DNA of 64,000 nt from Candidatus Omnitrophota bacterium (GTDB lineage Bacteria > Omnitrophota > Gorgyraeia > 2-01-FULL-45-10). The position numbers were made by a program, and so were the translations under genes. Position 1 is the first letter of the stretch. Each line of letters opens with the position of its first letter. The stretch spans positions 8,884 to 72,883 of the forward strand of contig JBAYMS010000001.1 in the NCBI GenBank assembly GCA_041663425.1, in the 5' to 3' direction. This document shows, one piece after another, positions 47,643-56,723 of the stretch. Under the pieces are notes generated by a model. The model saw nothing but the letters and a program-made list of their open reading frames with translations. It was not told the origin of the DNA and searched no databases.

Positions 47643-48745
47643 AGAAAATGCTTGTTGCGCTGTTCGGCATTGTGTTTTTAACATCATCAGTAATAATTCC
47701 TGCCGAGGCCTGCACAAGTTTTCTTTTAAAAACCAAAAACGGCAGCCCTGTTTATGGACGCACATGTGAGTGGGGTGCTTTTGATACCGAGCCAGATATT
47801 GTAATGGTGCCGCGCAACTATAAATTTACTTCTAAGCTGAAAGACGGCAAATTGGGAATGACCTGGAAAAATAAATATGGATACGTTGCTATAAACGCTC
47901 TTAACCTGCCATTCTACCTGGACGGCATGAATGAAACCGGTCTTACCATAGGCGGTTTGTATTTACCGGCGTTCGCCGAATTTCAGCCCTTTAAAGCCAG
48001 TGAGCAATCTGTTACTGTAAATAATCTCGATCTGATAGGTTATATACTGGGCCAGTTCAAGACGACAGGAGAGGTCAGGGCCGCATTGCCAAAACTACGC
48101 ATTGTAGAATTGTCTAAAGATGTTCTCAACGTGCCTATGCCTCTGCATTATGTTGTTACAGACAGCACGGGGAATTCTATAGTGATCGAATATGTTAAAG
48201 GCTCGCTGAATATTTACGATAATACAATCGGGGTTATGACTAATTCCCCGGGTTACGACTGGCATATAATAAATTTACGCAACTATACTCATCTTACGCC
48301 ATACGGCGAAGAACCAGGCGATAAAGAAATAAACGGTGCTAATTTTACTCCCGTTGGTGTAGGCGACGGTATGACGGGTCTGCCCGGCGACTACTCGTCG
48401 GCATCCCGCTTTATCCGGGCTTTTTTCTATACAGAGACGTCCCTTCCGCTCGAAGATGCTGACGCGGCGATAAATCAGGCATCCCGCATTCTTAATAACT
48501 TCGATTATCCCAAAGGTTTTGAACGCAATGGAACTTCGGAAAAATATACGCTTGGATATACGCAGTGGAGTGTGATAGGCGACATCCGGAATAAGCGCTA
48601 CTATTGGTGGACGGAATGGAACCGCCAGATGCGCATGGTCGATCTGAATAAATTGAGTTTCAGCGGCAGTGAAATTGCTGTCAGCCAGCTGGACAAGGTG
48701 CGGATGCAAAACGTAGACGACCGGACCAGGGATTTCCAAAAATGA
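47639..48745 (+). CDS. choloylglycine hydrolase / linear amide C-N hydrolase family (Ntn hydrolase), secreted
   Basis: 368 aa. A signal peptide ends ..PAEA followed by CTSFLL, which is the N-terminal nucleophile Cys context of penicillin V acylase / bile salt hydrolase-like enzymes. Confidence 0.72.
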   Translation: MKKMLVALFGIVFLTSSVIIPAEACTSFLLKTKNGSPVYGRTCEWGAFDTEPDIVMVPRNYKFTSKLKDGKLGMTWKNKYGYVAINALNLPFYLDGMNETGLTIGGLYLPAFAEFQPFKASEQSVTVNNLDLIGYILGQFKTTGEVRAALPKLRIVELSKDVLNVPMPLHYVVTDSTGNSIVIEYVKGSLNIYDNTIGVMTNSPGYDWHIINLRNYTHLTPYGEEPGDKEINGANFTPVGVGDGMTGLPGDYSSASRFIRAFFYTETSLPLEDADAAINQASRILNNFDYPKGFERNGTSEKYTLGYTQWSVIGDIRNKRYYWWTEWNRQMRMVDLNKLSFSGSEIAVSQLDKVRMQNVDDRTRDFQK

Positions 48746-49833
48746 AACAAAAAAAACGGGAGGTGTGGGTGCATAAATATTTCGCAGTATTATTGGCATT
48801 TATTTTTGTATTATTTATTTCGCCAGCTGCATTATTGGCCGGTGAGAAATCGGCAGAAATAAAGAAGACGACATGGAATGATATCTTTTCCGGAGTGGTT
48901 GGAAATTACCCGCTTAGTATGGAACAGACCAGCCCTGAGCCAGCTCAAAAAAACAAGCTCAGCATACCGAAAAACTGGGAATTCAACGCGGAAATAAAAC
49001 GTTATCTTACAAGCCATACTTCGTATGAATTTGGAAGCCCTGAAGCTCCTTTTACAAAGCCGCTAAGCCGGCTCGAATTTCCAGTTAATACATGGTGGTT
49101 AAATCTTGATCTGCGCCGGACTTCTCCGCGATGGTCTGTCGGAGGCAGGGCAGGGTTAAGCCTTAACCGCAATTCAAACCAATGGATGGAGGATTCGGAT
49201 TGGGGCCCTTCCGGCAGCGTAAATGCGTTAACCAACTATTCCAGAAATTATTGTGATATAAGGAACGCATTCCTGTTCCGTGGAGATGTAGACGTGAATA
49301 TTTCGGACTGGCTGCGTCTGCCGTCCGCGTGGGAGATCAGACCGCTTTTTGCGTTCCAGTTCCAGAGGTTCAAAGCAGTGGCGCACGATGGTGTTCAGTG
49401 GAACTACGATAAAGATACTTCCGAGCCGCTGGACGGGGATGCCATAAGCTTCCGGCAGGATTGGTATACATATATGATCGGGCTCAGAGGCTCATATAGT
49501 AAGAATTTAAACAAGAATGTAACGATTAAACTCAGAGGAGAGGCTGATTGGGGACCTGCTGTCGGATATAACGAAGATCATCATCTTCTGCGCGGGAATA
49601 GGTTTACCTATGAAAAGACATCCGGCCAGGCTCTTTACTTCTCGACCGGACTGGACATGACCGTTTCAAAAACTATAACCATGGGTGTCGGTATAGACTA
49701 TCTGCAGATAAGAACTTCAGGTATACACAGATGGTGGGATACTGCAGAAGCCGCTGATCAATGCTGGTCAGACGGGGTGAAGGCCTGGTCCGATCAGTTC
49801 GGCCTGAGCACACACATATCGTATGCATTTTAA
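48742..49833 (+). CDS. putative outer-membrane beta-barrel protein
   Basis: 363 aa with a signal peptide, alternating amphipathic strands and a C-terminal ...HISYAF aromatic terminus. Omptin-like features (DSDW, EDHH) are only vaguely suggestive. Confidence 0.45.
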   Translation: MKQKKREVWVHKYFAVLLAFIFVLFISPAALLAGEKSAEIKKTTWNDIFSGVVGNYPLSMEQTSPEPAQKNKLSIPKNWEFNAEIKRYLTSHTSYEFGSPEAPFTKPLSRLEFPVNTWWLNLDLRRTSPRWSVGGRAGLSLNRNSNQWMEDSDWGPSGSVNALTNYSRNYCDIRNAFLFRGDVDVNISDWLRLPSAWEIRPLFAFQFQRFKAVAHDGVQWNYDKDTSEPLDGDAISFRQDWYTYMIGLRGSYSKNLNKNVTIKLRGEADWGPAVGYNEDHHLLRGNRFTYEKTSGQALYFSTGLDMTVSKTITMGVGIDYLQIRTSGIHRWWDTAEAADQCWSDGVKAWSDQFGLSTHISYAF

Positions 49834-49853
49834 AAGAGTGATATAATTAATAT

Positions 49854-50480
49854 ATGCTTATACTGATCGAGAAAATACCGTTTCACAGGCTTGGAGCGCT
49901 GATAGACGGTGTATTTGCGATAGTCATGACGATACTTGTCCTCGATATAAAAGTTCCTCATGACATGGCTGTATTTAAAAGTTTAAGTTTAGAGCACTTC
50001 CTCACCGGACAGTTCCAGGATATAGTTATCTACATGGTAGTCTTTATGGTCCTCGCGTATCTGTGGATAATAAATCACAGCGAGTCACACTTTATAAAAT
50101 TTACCGACTATGTCCACTTATGGCTTACCATACTATGTCTTATGTTCGTAGCGCTTCTTCCTTTCTCATCCGCTCTGGTGAATAAATATCCGCAAGATGA
50201 GATCGCGGAGCTGTTCCTTGCGGGGAATGTTCTGATAATAGGCATATTTAACTATATCAGCTGGGCATATATTATAAAGCGTCCGGCGCTGCTGGAGTCT
50301 ACGCTCACTGAGAAACAAACAGCCACAGAGAAGAAGAAGCTTCTGATAATGCCTCTTGTGGCCGTTATGGCAATGGCGGTTGCTCTTATATATCCCCTGG
50401 GGTCATCGTATACGCTTCTTTTAGCTCCGGTAGCAATGTTCTTTATGGAATTGCGATGGGGAGCTAGGAATAAAAGGTAA
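49854..50480 (+). CDS. TMEM175 / DUF1211-family membrane protein (putative K+ channel)
   Basis: 208 aa with the signature RLGALIDGVFAIVMTILVLDI and six hydrophobic segments. Confidence 0.7.
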   Translation: MLILIEKIPFHRLGALIDGVFAIVMTILVLDIKVPHDMAVFKSLSLEHFLTGQFQDIVIYMVVFMVLAYLWIINHSESHFIKFTDYVHLWLTILCLMFVALLPFSSALVNKYPQDEIAELFLAGNVLIIGIFNYISWAYIIKRPALLESTLTEKQTATEKKKLLIMPLVAVMAMAVALIYPLGSSYTLLLAPVAMFFMELRWGARNKR

Positions 50481-50484
50481 GGCA

Positions 50485-50623
50485 TTGTATTTCTCTTCAA
50501 CATATGCTATACTATAGGTGAGGCCAAGGGAGAAGGGATTTAGACAGTAGCCCATAAGCCTCACAAGGTTTTGCCCATCTACCAAATACGGTATAAACAG
50601 AAAAGGTAGGTGGGTTTTCTTTT
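50485..50623 (+). promoter_or_regulatory. promoter + structured leader + intrinsic terminator (candidate riboswitch/attenuator)
   Basis: TTGTAT (50485-50490)-N17-TATACT (50508-50513). Hairpin GTGAGGC (50518-50524)/GCCTCAC (50558-50564) encloses a 33-nt purine-rich segment. A 10-bp stem CCCATCTACC (50574-50583)/GGTAGGTGGG (50605-50614) is followed by TTTTCTTTT. Confidence 0.35.
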
Positions 50624-50654
50624 AGATAAAAACAGCACAATATCCGCATATCTG

Positions 50655-52148
50655 ATGAATCAGGAACGAAAAAATATATTTTTCCTGCCTATTATTTCAA
50701 TAATCATTTTAGGGGCTATTTGTTATGCCGGCTCTCTGAATGGGAAATTTATACTGGATGATGAGCTTCTGGTAAAAGAGAACGCGCTCATAGCGAACAG
50801 GGCAGGTCCTGGTACATTTCTTTCTACCAATATCATGGCAGGGGCCGGCATGGTCTCCGCTTTTTACCGTCCATTGCAGATGATCACCTATGCGCTGGAT
50901 CATGCCATATGGGATCTTAATCCGTTCGGATATCATATTACTAATATATTTATTCATATTCTTACCGCACTATGCATATATTGGCTGATCAATATTTTAT
51001 ATAATGATAATAAATTATCCTTTTTAACCGCCGCATTATTCGTGGTTCATCCGATGCATACCGAAGCCGTAAGCTATATCTCTGGCAGGGCAGATCCTCT
51101 TTCCGCATTATCTATGCTTCTATGCGCGATAATATATATAAAACAAGTGAAGCTGGGCAGGGCAGGTGTTTCGGGCTGCGCACTGCTCATATTAACTTAT
51201 GTTTTAGCGCTTCTTTCGAAAGAGATGAGTGTGGTGCTGCCGCTACTGCTCCTTCTTTATCATTTTGTTTTCAAAAAGAAGGTGCGTTGGCCGGCATTTG
51301 TGTCTTTACTGAGCGTCCTGGCTGTCTATCTGTTAGTCAGGTTCACTTATCTTAGAGATATATCTTTTCCGACGAATATTGGGATCGATACGATGCTTAA
51401 CAGGATTCCCGGATTCTTCGCCGCAATACTGAATTATATAAAGCTTTTATTTGTGCCGATCCCGCTTCATATGGAATACGGGGCCAGACTGTTCCGATTT
51501 GCGGACCCAATAGTAGTTTCCGGCATGGTAGTAGTTTTTAATATACTCGTTTTTGCCTATACGAAAAGAAACAACAAGGTAGTCCTATTTTCAATAGGCT
51601 GGTTTTTTCTGGCCTTGCTTCCGTCGGCTAATTTATACAAAGTAAACGCATACATGGCGGAACATTTTCTTTATCTGCCTTCCATAGGATTTTTCCTGTT
51701 GGCAGCCTATGTTTTAACAAATATTTATAATAATAAAAGGTATAAAATTATCGGACTTGCGCTGATGGTGACTGCTATCTTATTTTATTCGGTCCTTACG
51801 ATAAAACAAAACGAATACTGGAGAGACCCTATAACATTTTACACAAGGACCATAGAATTTGCCCCACCCAGTGCGAACATTTATTATGGCCGTGGAATAA
51901 TTTATGATAAAAAAGGTGACTATGATAAAGCCATATCAGATTACACCATGGCTATTAAAATAAAACCTGACTATACGGATGCATACAATAATAGGGGTAT
52001 CGTCCACAGTAAAATGGGCAATTATGAACAAGCCATATCAGATTATGCTATGGCTATAAAGATAGATCCGGACTATATTCCCGCCCAGAAAAATCTTATA
52101 AAAGCACGTAAAGATAGCGGCAGGATTGCAGAGGGCCATAGCAGATGA
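50655..52148 (+). CDS. polytopic membrane protein with C-terminal TPR repeats (TMTC/PMT-like glycosyltransferase-type architecture)
   Basis: About 11 hydrophobic segments, an N-terminal FILDDELLV motif and C-terminal TPR units (YYGRGIIYDKKGDYDKAISDY, YNNRGIVHSKMGNYEQAISDY). The start is taken at MNQERK because the track GTG at 50610 lies inside the terminator stem. Confidence 0.6.
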   Translation: MNQERKNIFFLPIISIIILGAICYAGSLNGKFILDDELLVKENALIANRAGPGTFLSTNIMAGAGMVSAFYRPLQMITYALDHAIWDLNPFGYHITNIFIHILTALCIYWLINILYNDNKLSFLTAALFVVHPMHTEAVSYISGRADPLSALSMLLCAIIYIKQVKLGRAGVSGCALLILTYVLALLSKEMSVVLPLLLLLYHFVFKKKVRWPAFVSLLSVLAVYLLVRFTYLRDISFPTNIGIDTMLNRIPGFFAAILNYIKLLFVPIPLHMEYGARLFRFADPIVVSGMVVVFNILVFAYTKRNNKVVLFSIGWFFLALLPSANLYKVNAYMAEHFLYLPSIGFFLLAAYVLTNIYNNKRYKIIGLALMVTAILFYSVLTIKQNEYWRDPITFYTRTIEFAPPSANIYYGRGIIYDKKGDYDKAISDYTMAIKIKPDYTDAYNNRGIVHSKMGNYEQAISDYAMAIKIDPDYIPAQKNLIKARKDSGRIAEGHSR

Positions 52149-53068
52149 AGCATCTTAATAAGATAGCCGGTTATTTTACGGAATATATGGTGGCATGGGT
52201 GGTTGTCGCCGTAGTGCTGGCATATATATTTCCATCTGCATTCATTCCTCTCAAACCTTATATAGACTGGCTATTTGCCTGCACCATGTTCGGCATAGGT
52301 GCGCTCCTTTCGGTAAAAGATTTCGAGCCAATAGTTAAAAAACCCAGGCTTGTTCTTTTAGGCATTCTGGCGCAATTTGCCATCATGCCGTTTGCAGCTT
52401 TTGTGATCGTGCGCATATTAAATCTTCCTCCCGCGATAGCATTCGGACTCATACTTGCCGGAGCGGTTCCCGACGCTATGGCCGCAGGTGTGATGTCTTA
52501 TATAGCGGAGGCGGATGTCGCGTTATCGGTAGCGCTTACTACAGGGACGACGTTAATCTCGCCATTGGTTACACCCGCGCTCATGTATATATTTGCCAGG
52601 GAATATATTCCGGTCCAGTTTTTCCCGATGTTCAAAAGCATAATGTTCATGGTTATTGTCCCGCTTTTCTTAGGACTTATGGTGCGGTATCGTTTCCAGA
52701 GGCATGTAGAAATGATACGTCCGGTATTTCCGGCCTTATCCACAATATTTATAGCGTTCATCTGCGGACTGGTAGTCGCGCTTAACAGAGATGCACTAGG
52801 TCAGATCACGGCGATAGTATTTTTTGCGGTCGTGCTTCTTAATCTGGCAGGATTGGTGTTGGGATATGGTGCGGGTCTGCTATTTAAATTTAACAAAAAA
52901 CAATGCCGCACTCTCGCCATAGGAGTGGGGATGCAGAATGCCGGTCTCGGCGCTGTTCTCGCGATAAAGTATGCCTCGCCCGAAGCTGCTATACCAAACG
53001 CGCTTTTCGCAACGTGGTGCATCGTCAGCGCGGCCATACTTGCCGGTGTGTGGAGCAGGAACGTATGA
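52145..53068 (+). CDS. bile acid:sodium symporter (BASS/SBF-like) family transporter
   Basis: 307 aa with ~9-10 TM segments and a BASS-like pattern (FACTMFGIGALLSVKDF, ILAQFAIMPFAAF, GVGMQNAGLG). Confidence 0.78.
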   Translation: MKHLNKIAGYFTEYMVAWVVVAVVLAYIFPSAFIPLKPYIDWLFACTMFGIGALLSVKDFEPIVKKPRLVLLGILAQFAIMPFAAFVIVRILNLPPAIAFGLILAGAVPDAMAAGVMSYIAEADVALSVALTTGTTLISPLVTPALMYIFAREYIPVQFFPMFKSIMFMVIVPLFLGLMVRYRFQRHVEMIRPVFPALSTIFIAFICGLVVALNRDALGQITAIVFFAVVLLNLAGLVLGYGAGLLFKFNKKQCRTLAIGVGMQNAGLGAVLAIKYASPEAAIPNALFATWCIVSAAILAGVWSRNV

Positions 53069-54969
53069 AGGTCTCCGATTATTTAATCAAGCATGAGAGC
53101 CTCATAGTTTCTATAGCAGCCGTGATTCTATCAGCGCTGTCTGCATTTGTATACGGTTATGAATATGGAATAACCCCAAACCATATACAATCGCTTCCTT
53201 TTATAGCAAAGATCCACGACCCATCTCTTTTTCCTAATGATTATTTTGTAAATACCTTAAGCCGGTTTCCGAGCGTTTACACATATATAATGGCGTATTT
53301 ATCTAACTGGATAAATCTGGAGATGCTGCACCTTGTGCTGTATTTCGTATTTAAATTTGCACTTTTTATATTTGCTTATCAGCTGGCCTGTTTTTTATTC
53401 CGGTCCAGGCGGACGGGGATAATAACCATGTTCCTTTTTGCTTTCTCTCCGCTTATTAACGCTTACGGCCTTTTAGGGCACGACCCTTTCATGAAAACAT
53501 CGTTTTATCAGACGAGCGCAGTCTCGCCGCTTGCCCTCGCAGCTATCCTGATGTTCCTGAGGAAAAAATACATGACGGCATATACTATTCTTGCCTGCAT
53601 ATACTATATAAATGCGCTCATAGGGAATTTTCTGATAATACTTTTTATCGCAGCGTCGGGATATGAGTATATGCGCAAAAGGAATTTCGCAGAGTTTAAG
53701 TATATAATGCGCCCCGCCTTGTTCTTCGCGGCATTGATGATACCCGGCATAGTATGGCTCACACACCTGAACATAACAAATCCGGCGCATGCAGCAGCAA
53801 ATTTCCCCTTATATCTTAAATTGTGGTATACGGGCCATTACTTTCCATCGTTCTTTACGGCACACCAGTGGTATCATTTTGCCGTCATATGTATATTTTT
53901 CATTATTTTTTTCCGGAAGGGATTCGGACGTTGCAGTGAAAAAGACACGGTGCGAGTGTTCATATATACACTCTTCGCAATGTGGCTATTCGCGGCCTTA
54001 TGCGCAGAGATCCTGCCGGTGCGGAGTTTTATACTGCTCCAGTTCCTGCGCAGCGACGTATTCTTTATAGTCCTGGGTATTATATTCGCGGCAGATTATA
54101 TAAGGTCGCTTCTATATGGTAAATCGTTGCGCAGTATAGCTATCGGCGGGCTTATGGTGCTTGCGCTGACAGAGTTTTCTCAGCCATCTTATATAGAATT
54201 TATACTGATAGCGCTTTTATTGACAGAATTTGAACTTCCAATAAAAAATTTTTTGAGAAAAGCAACGCAAGACCCCGAAGGATTGTTTAATCTTCTGTGG
54301 TTTTTCTTCACATTGGCTATAGTCGCGTTTTCTGCCGTTCCTATCCTGCTTCATAAAGCATCGCCAAAAATGAGCTGTTTTTTATTTTTCGCGGTAATGC
54401 TGATGGTGTCGGGAGATAAAAAAGCACCGCAGCGGTTTAAAAATTTAGTTGCCGCGCTGGTGCTCGCAGCGGCTGTATTTGCATATATTCATATAATCGA
54501 ATACAGAGCGGTGAGTATGAATTTTTCTAATATGCTCACTGAAAGCGATGCTGACTGGAAAAAAGTTCAGCTGTGGGCCAGAGACAACACCCCGGTTTCT
54601 TCGGTATTCATTGCACCGCTTAATATGAACGGCTTCCGCGTTTTCTCAAACCGCTCTGTATTTTTTGATTGGGTTGACGGTGCGGCCATGCACTGGTCTG
54701 CGGGTTTTGAATATGAGTGGGCGCAAAGGCTTTCGAGGCTCGGAATGGGCGAAGGCCTGACGAAAGACCGTGCCGGGCTTATCTGCGGAATGGGTGCTGC
54801 GAATGAAAAGCCTATACATAGGCTGATATACGAAAATCTGACAGAAAATGATTTCAGACATATCGCTGAAGAATGCGGTGCGGGATATGTTGTAGAGTAT
54901 GTCACCCGACCGCTTAATTTTAAAACTGTATACGAAAACGCAACATTCCGTATCTATCGGATAAGTTAA
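53065..54969 (+). CDS. large polytopic membrane protein with C-terminal soluble domain (unknown function)
   Basis: The start is taken at ATG 53065 (ATGA overlap with the upstream stop). The track extension from 52903 overlaps the transporter in another frame. There are more than 12 hydrophobic segments and a ~150-aa C-terminal non-membrane region. Confidence 0.5.
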   Translation: MKVSDYLIKHESLIVSIAAVILSALSAFVYGYEYGITPNHIQSLPFIAKIHDPSLFPNDYFVNTLSRFPSVYTYIMAYLSNWINLEMLHLVLYFVFKFALFIFAYQLACFLFRSRRTGIITMFLFAFSPLINAYGLLGHDPFMKTSFYQTSAVSPLALAAILMFLRKKYMTAYTILACIYYINALIGNFLIILFIAASGYEYMRKRNFAEFKYIMRPALFFAALMIPGIVWLTHLNITNPAHAAANFPLYLKLWYTGHYFPSFFTAHQWYHFAVICIFFIIFFRKGFGRCSEKDTVRVFIYTLFAMWLFAALCAEILPVRSFILLQFLRSDVFFIVLGIIFAADYIRSLLYGKSLRSIAIGGLMVLALTEFSQPSYIEFILIALLLTEFELPIKNFLRKATQDPEGLFNLLWFFFTLAIVAFSAVPILLHKASPKMSCFLFFAVMLMVSGDKKAPQRFKNLVAALVLAAAVFAYIHIIEYRAVSMNFSNMLTESDADWKKVQLWARDNTPVSSVFIAPLNMNGFRVFSNRSVFFDWVDGAAMHWSAGFEYEWAQRLSRLGMGEGLTKDRAGLICGMGAANEKPIHRLIYENLTENDFRHIAEECGAGYVVEYVTRPLNFKTVYENATFRIYRIS

Positions 54970-55037
54970 AAATAAAATTTAAGTTCGATGAAACTTTTTT
55001 ATCCAATCTCTTGTCTAATATTCGAAGCCTACGCCAG

Positions 55038-55132
55038 GAGACATAGGCACTTAGCTAACTGTGTGGCTGAATAAACTTGGCTGATGTCAGAGACATCAGC
55101 ACTTAGTCAGCAGCGTGGCTGAATAAACTTGG
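55038..55132 (+). repeat. tandem duplication (period 52 nt) of the GCACTTAG-N-GTGGCTGAATAAACTTGG leader motif (copies B and C)
   Basis: Unit B (55038-55080) is GAGACATAGGCACTTAGCTAACTGTGTGGCTGAATAAACTTGG. Unit C (55090-55132) is GAGACATCAGCACTTAGTCAGCAGCGTGGCTGAATAAACTTGG. An 8-bp hairpin CTGATGTC-AGA-GACATCAG bridges the two units. Unit C supplies the GGAGG SD for the next gene. Confidence 0.65.
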
Positions 55133-55143
55133 AGGGATTGGAT

Positions 55144-55716
55144 ATGTTAAAACAAATACTAAAATGTAAGGTAACGACGGCTCTTTGTTTGGCGCTGGTT
55201 TTATGCTCTCAGGAAGCATTTGCCAGAGGGGGAGGCGGGCCCGGACCTGAGCCGCGGCATCGCGGAGATTATTATTATCGCGGAGATCAGTTGTATAGGC
55301 ATGGATGGCTAGGGTTTGATATTGCTGTTGCGGCGCTGACTATAGGCGCAATAGTAGATTCTCTTCCGCCAAGGTATAACACGGTTGTGGTCGGAGGGGT
55401 GCCGTACTACTATTATGGGAATGCCTACTATAGGCCATGTCCGGGCGGTTACGTTGTTGTTCCGCCGCCTATTGCAACTCAACCCATTATAGTAGCGTCT
55501 GAAGCGGTCCAGCCGGTTACCGTGGTTACTCCGGTGGTCGCTGCTCAAACTCAGGCCCAGACCGCTGAAACGGTGACAATCAATATCCCCAGTTCAAAAG
55601 GCGGGTATAAAGCGATATCGCTCAAAAAATCAGGCAACGGGTTTATCGGGCCTCAGGGCGAGTATTATTATGAGCATCCCACAGTTGAGCAGTTAAAAAC
55701 ATTGTATGGAAGTTAA
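55144..55716 (+). CDS. secreted Tyr/Gly/Pro-rich protein of unknown function
   Basis: Signal-like N-terminus MLKQILKCKVTTALCLALVLCSQEAFA. YYYRGDQLY, GGVPYYYYGNAYYRPCPGGYVVVPPP and a central hydrophobic segment are present. The start is at ATG 55144, after the SD GGAGGG. Confidence 0.45.
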   Translation: MLKQILKCKVTTALCLALVLCSQEAFARGGGGPGPEPRHRGDYYYRGDQLYRHGWLGFDIAVAALTIGAIVDSLPPRYNTVVVGGVPYYYYGNAYYRPCPGGYVVVPPPIATQPIIVASEAVQPVTVVTPVVAAQTQAQTAETVTINIPSSKGGYKAISLKKSGNGFIGPQGEYYYEHPTVEQLKTLYGS

Positions 55717-55742
55717 AAACAGAAATAAAAAAGGAGGGCACC

Positions 55743-56288
55743 ATGAAGTATATTATGGGTATTCTGATAGTGTTGTGTTGTGCGGTAGCGATGGTATCGT
55801 CGAGCGTATTTGCCAACGAGTGTCCTATGGGTAAAGACGGGGTTGGGCCCCAGTATGGGAAAATGGCCCGTGGTATGGACAAGGACAACATCTTTTTTTA
55901 TAAAGCGCATTTCGTTATGGAAAATGCGGCCGAGCTGGGTTTAAGTAACGAACAGATAGAAAAAATAAAAACGCTTAAATACGGCATCGAAAAAAATAGC
56001 ATAAAGAAAGATGCAGATATAATGATCCTTGCCCTTGATATTAAAGAGGCGCTTGGCAAAGACGAGACAGATATTAATGCTGTAAATGCTCTCATAGACC
56101 AGAAATATGCGCTGAAAGCTCAGAAGGCGAAAGAAGAGATGGATGCATGCGTAAGCCTTAAGAAGATCCTGACTCCTGAGCAGCTCAAAAAAATGAAAGA
56201 GATGCATCGGAAAGGCCCTAAGGGATGGGGCAAAGGCCCTGATGCGGCAAAAGTGCCTATGGCTGAAATGGAAGAGCGCGGCGAATAA
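55743..56288 (+). CDS. periplasmic Spy/CpxP-like LTxxQ-motif protein
   Basis: 181 aa with a signal peptide and two LxxEQ/LTPEQ motifs (LSNEQIEKIK, LTPEQLKKMK). The composition is helical and charged. Confidence 0.6.
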   Translation: MKYIMGILIVLCCAVAMVSSSVFANECPMGKDGVGPQYGKMARGMDKDNIFFYKAHFVMENAAELGLSNEQIEKIKTLKYGIEKNSIKKDADIMILALDIKEALGKDETDINAVNALIDQKYALKAQKAKEEMDACVSLKKILTPEQLKKMKEMHRKGPKGWGKGPDAAKVPMAEMEERGE

Positions 56289-56306
56289 AAAAATAATACT
56301 GTAAGC

Positions 56307-56338
56307 GGGGCCGGGCAAAACGCCCGGCCCTTTTTGTT
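56307..56338 (+). terminator. intrinsic terminator
   Basis: GGGCCGGGC-AAAAC-GCCCGGCCC followed by TTTTTGTTT. Confidence 0.65.
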
Positions 56339-56356
56339 TATGACAGCTAAAAATAC

Positions 56357-56408
56357 TTGCATAGTCGCAAAGATGTGATATAATTATTATGAACATATGT
56401 TCATAATA
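56357..56408 (+). promoter_or_regulatory. sigma70-like promoter with 24-bp perfect palindromic operator
   Basis: TTGCAT (56357-56362)-N16-TGaTATAAT (-10 at 56379-56384). The perfect palindrome TATTATGAACATATGTTCATAATA (56385-56408) follows immediately and covers the expected transcription start. Confidence 0.5.
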
Positions 56409-56414
56409 GAGGAT

Positions 56415-56723
56415 ATGATGAGACCGAAAAAAACGAGATGGATAAAGTGCCTGCCCGGCGAAAGATGTTTTAAACCGATGTGCAAACCTTTAAACAAAGT
56501 TAAATGTGTTTGTCTGACCCTGGACGAGTTTGAGGCTGTTAGGTTGGCCGACCTGGAAGGTATGGAACAGGCTGAGGCTGCCAAAATGCTTAAAATATCA
56601 AGACCGACATTCTCGAGGATAGCGGCTTCCGCCCGCAAAAAAATCGCTGACGGACTGGTAAATATCAAAGCTATCAGGATAGAAGGCGGCTGCTGCAAAG
56701 TCGTAAGGAGAAAAATAAGATGA
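56415..56723 (+). CDS. DUF134 (UPF0251) family DNA-binding protein
   Basis: MMRPKKTRWIKCLPGERCFKP...LTLDEFEAVRLADLEGMEQAEAAKMLKISRPTFSRI...KAIRIEGG matches the DUF134 pattern. The start is taken after the SD AGAGGA; the track ATG at 56397 lies inside the palindrome. Confidence 0.7.
   Translation: MMRPKKTRWIKCLPGERCFKPMCKPLNKVKCVCLTLDEFEAVRLADLEGMEQAEAAKMLKISRPTFSRIAASARKKIADGLVNIKAIRIEGGCCKVVRRKIR

Noticed and set aside
52903-53064. N-terminal extension of the 688-aa track ORF, overlapping the BASS transporter by 166 nt.
   Set aside because: The extension is Arg/Cys/His-rich nonsense in an alternative frame of a well-supported gene. ATG 53065 gives the classic ATGA stop/start overlap and begins at a plausible N-terminus (MKVSDYLIKHES…).
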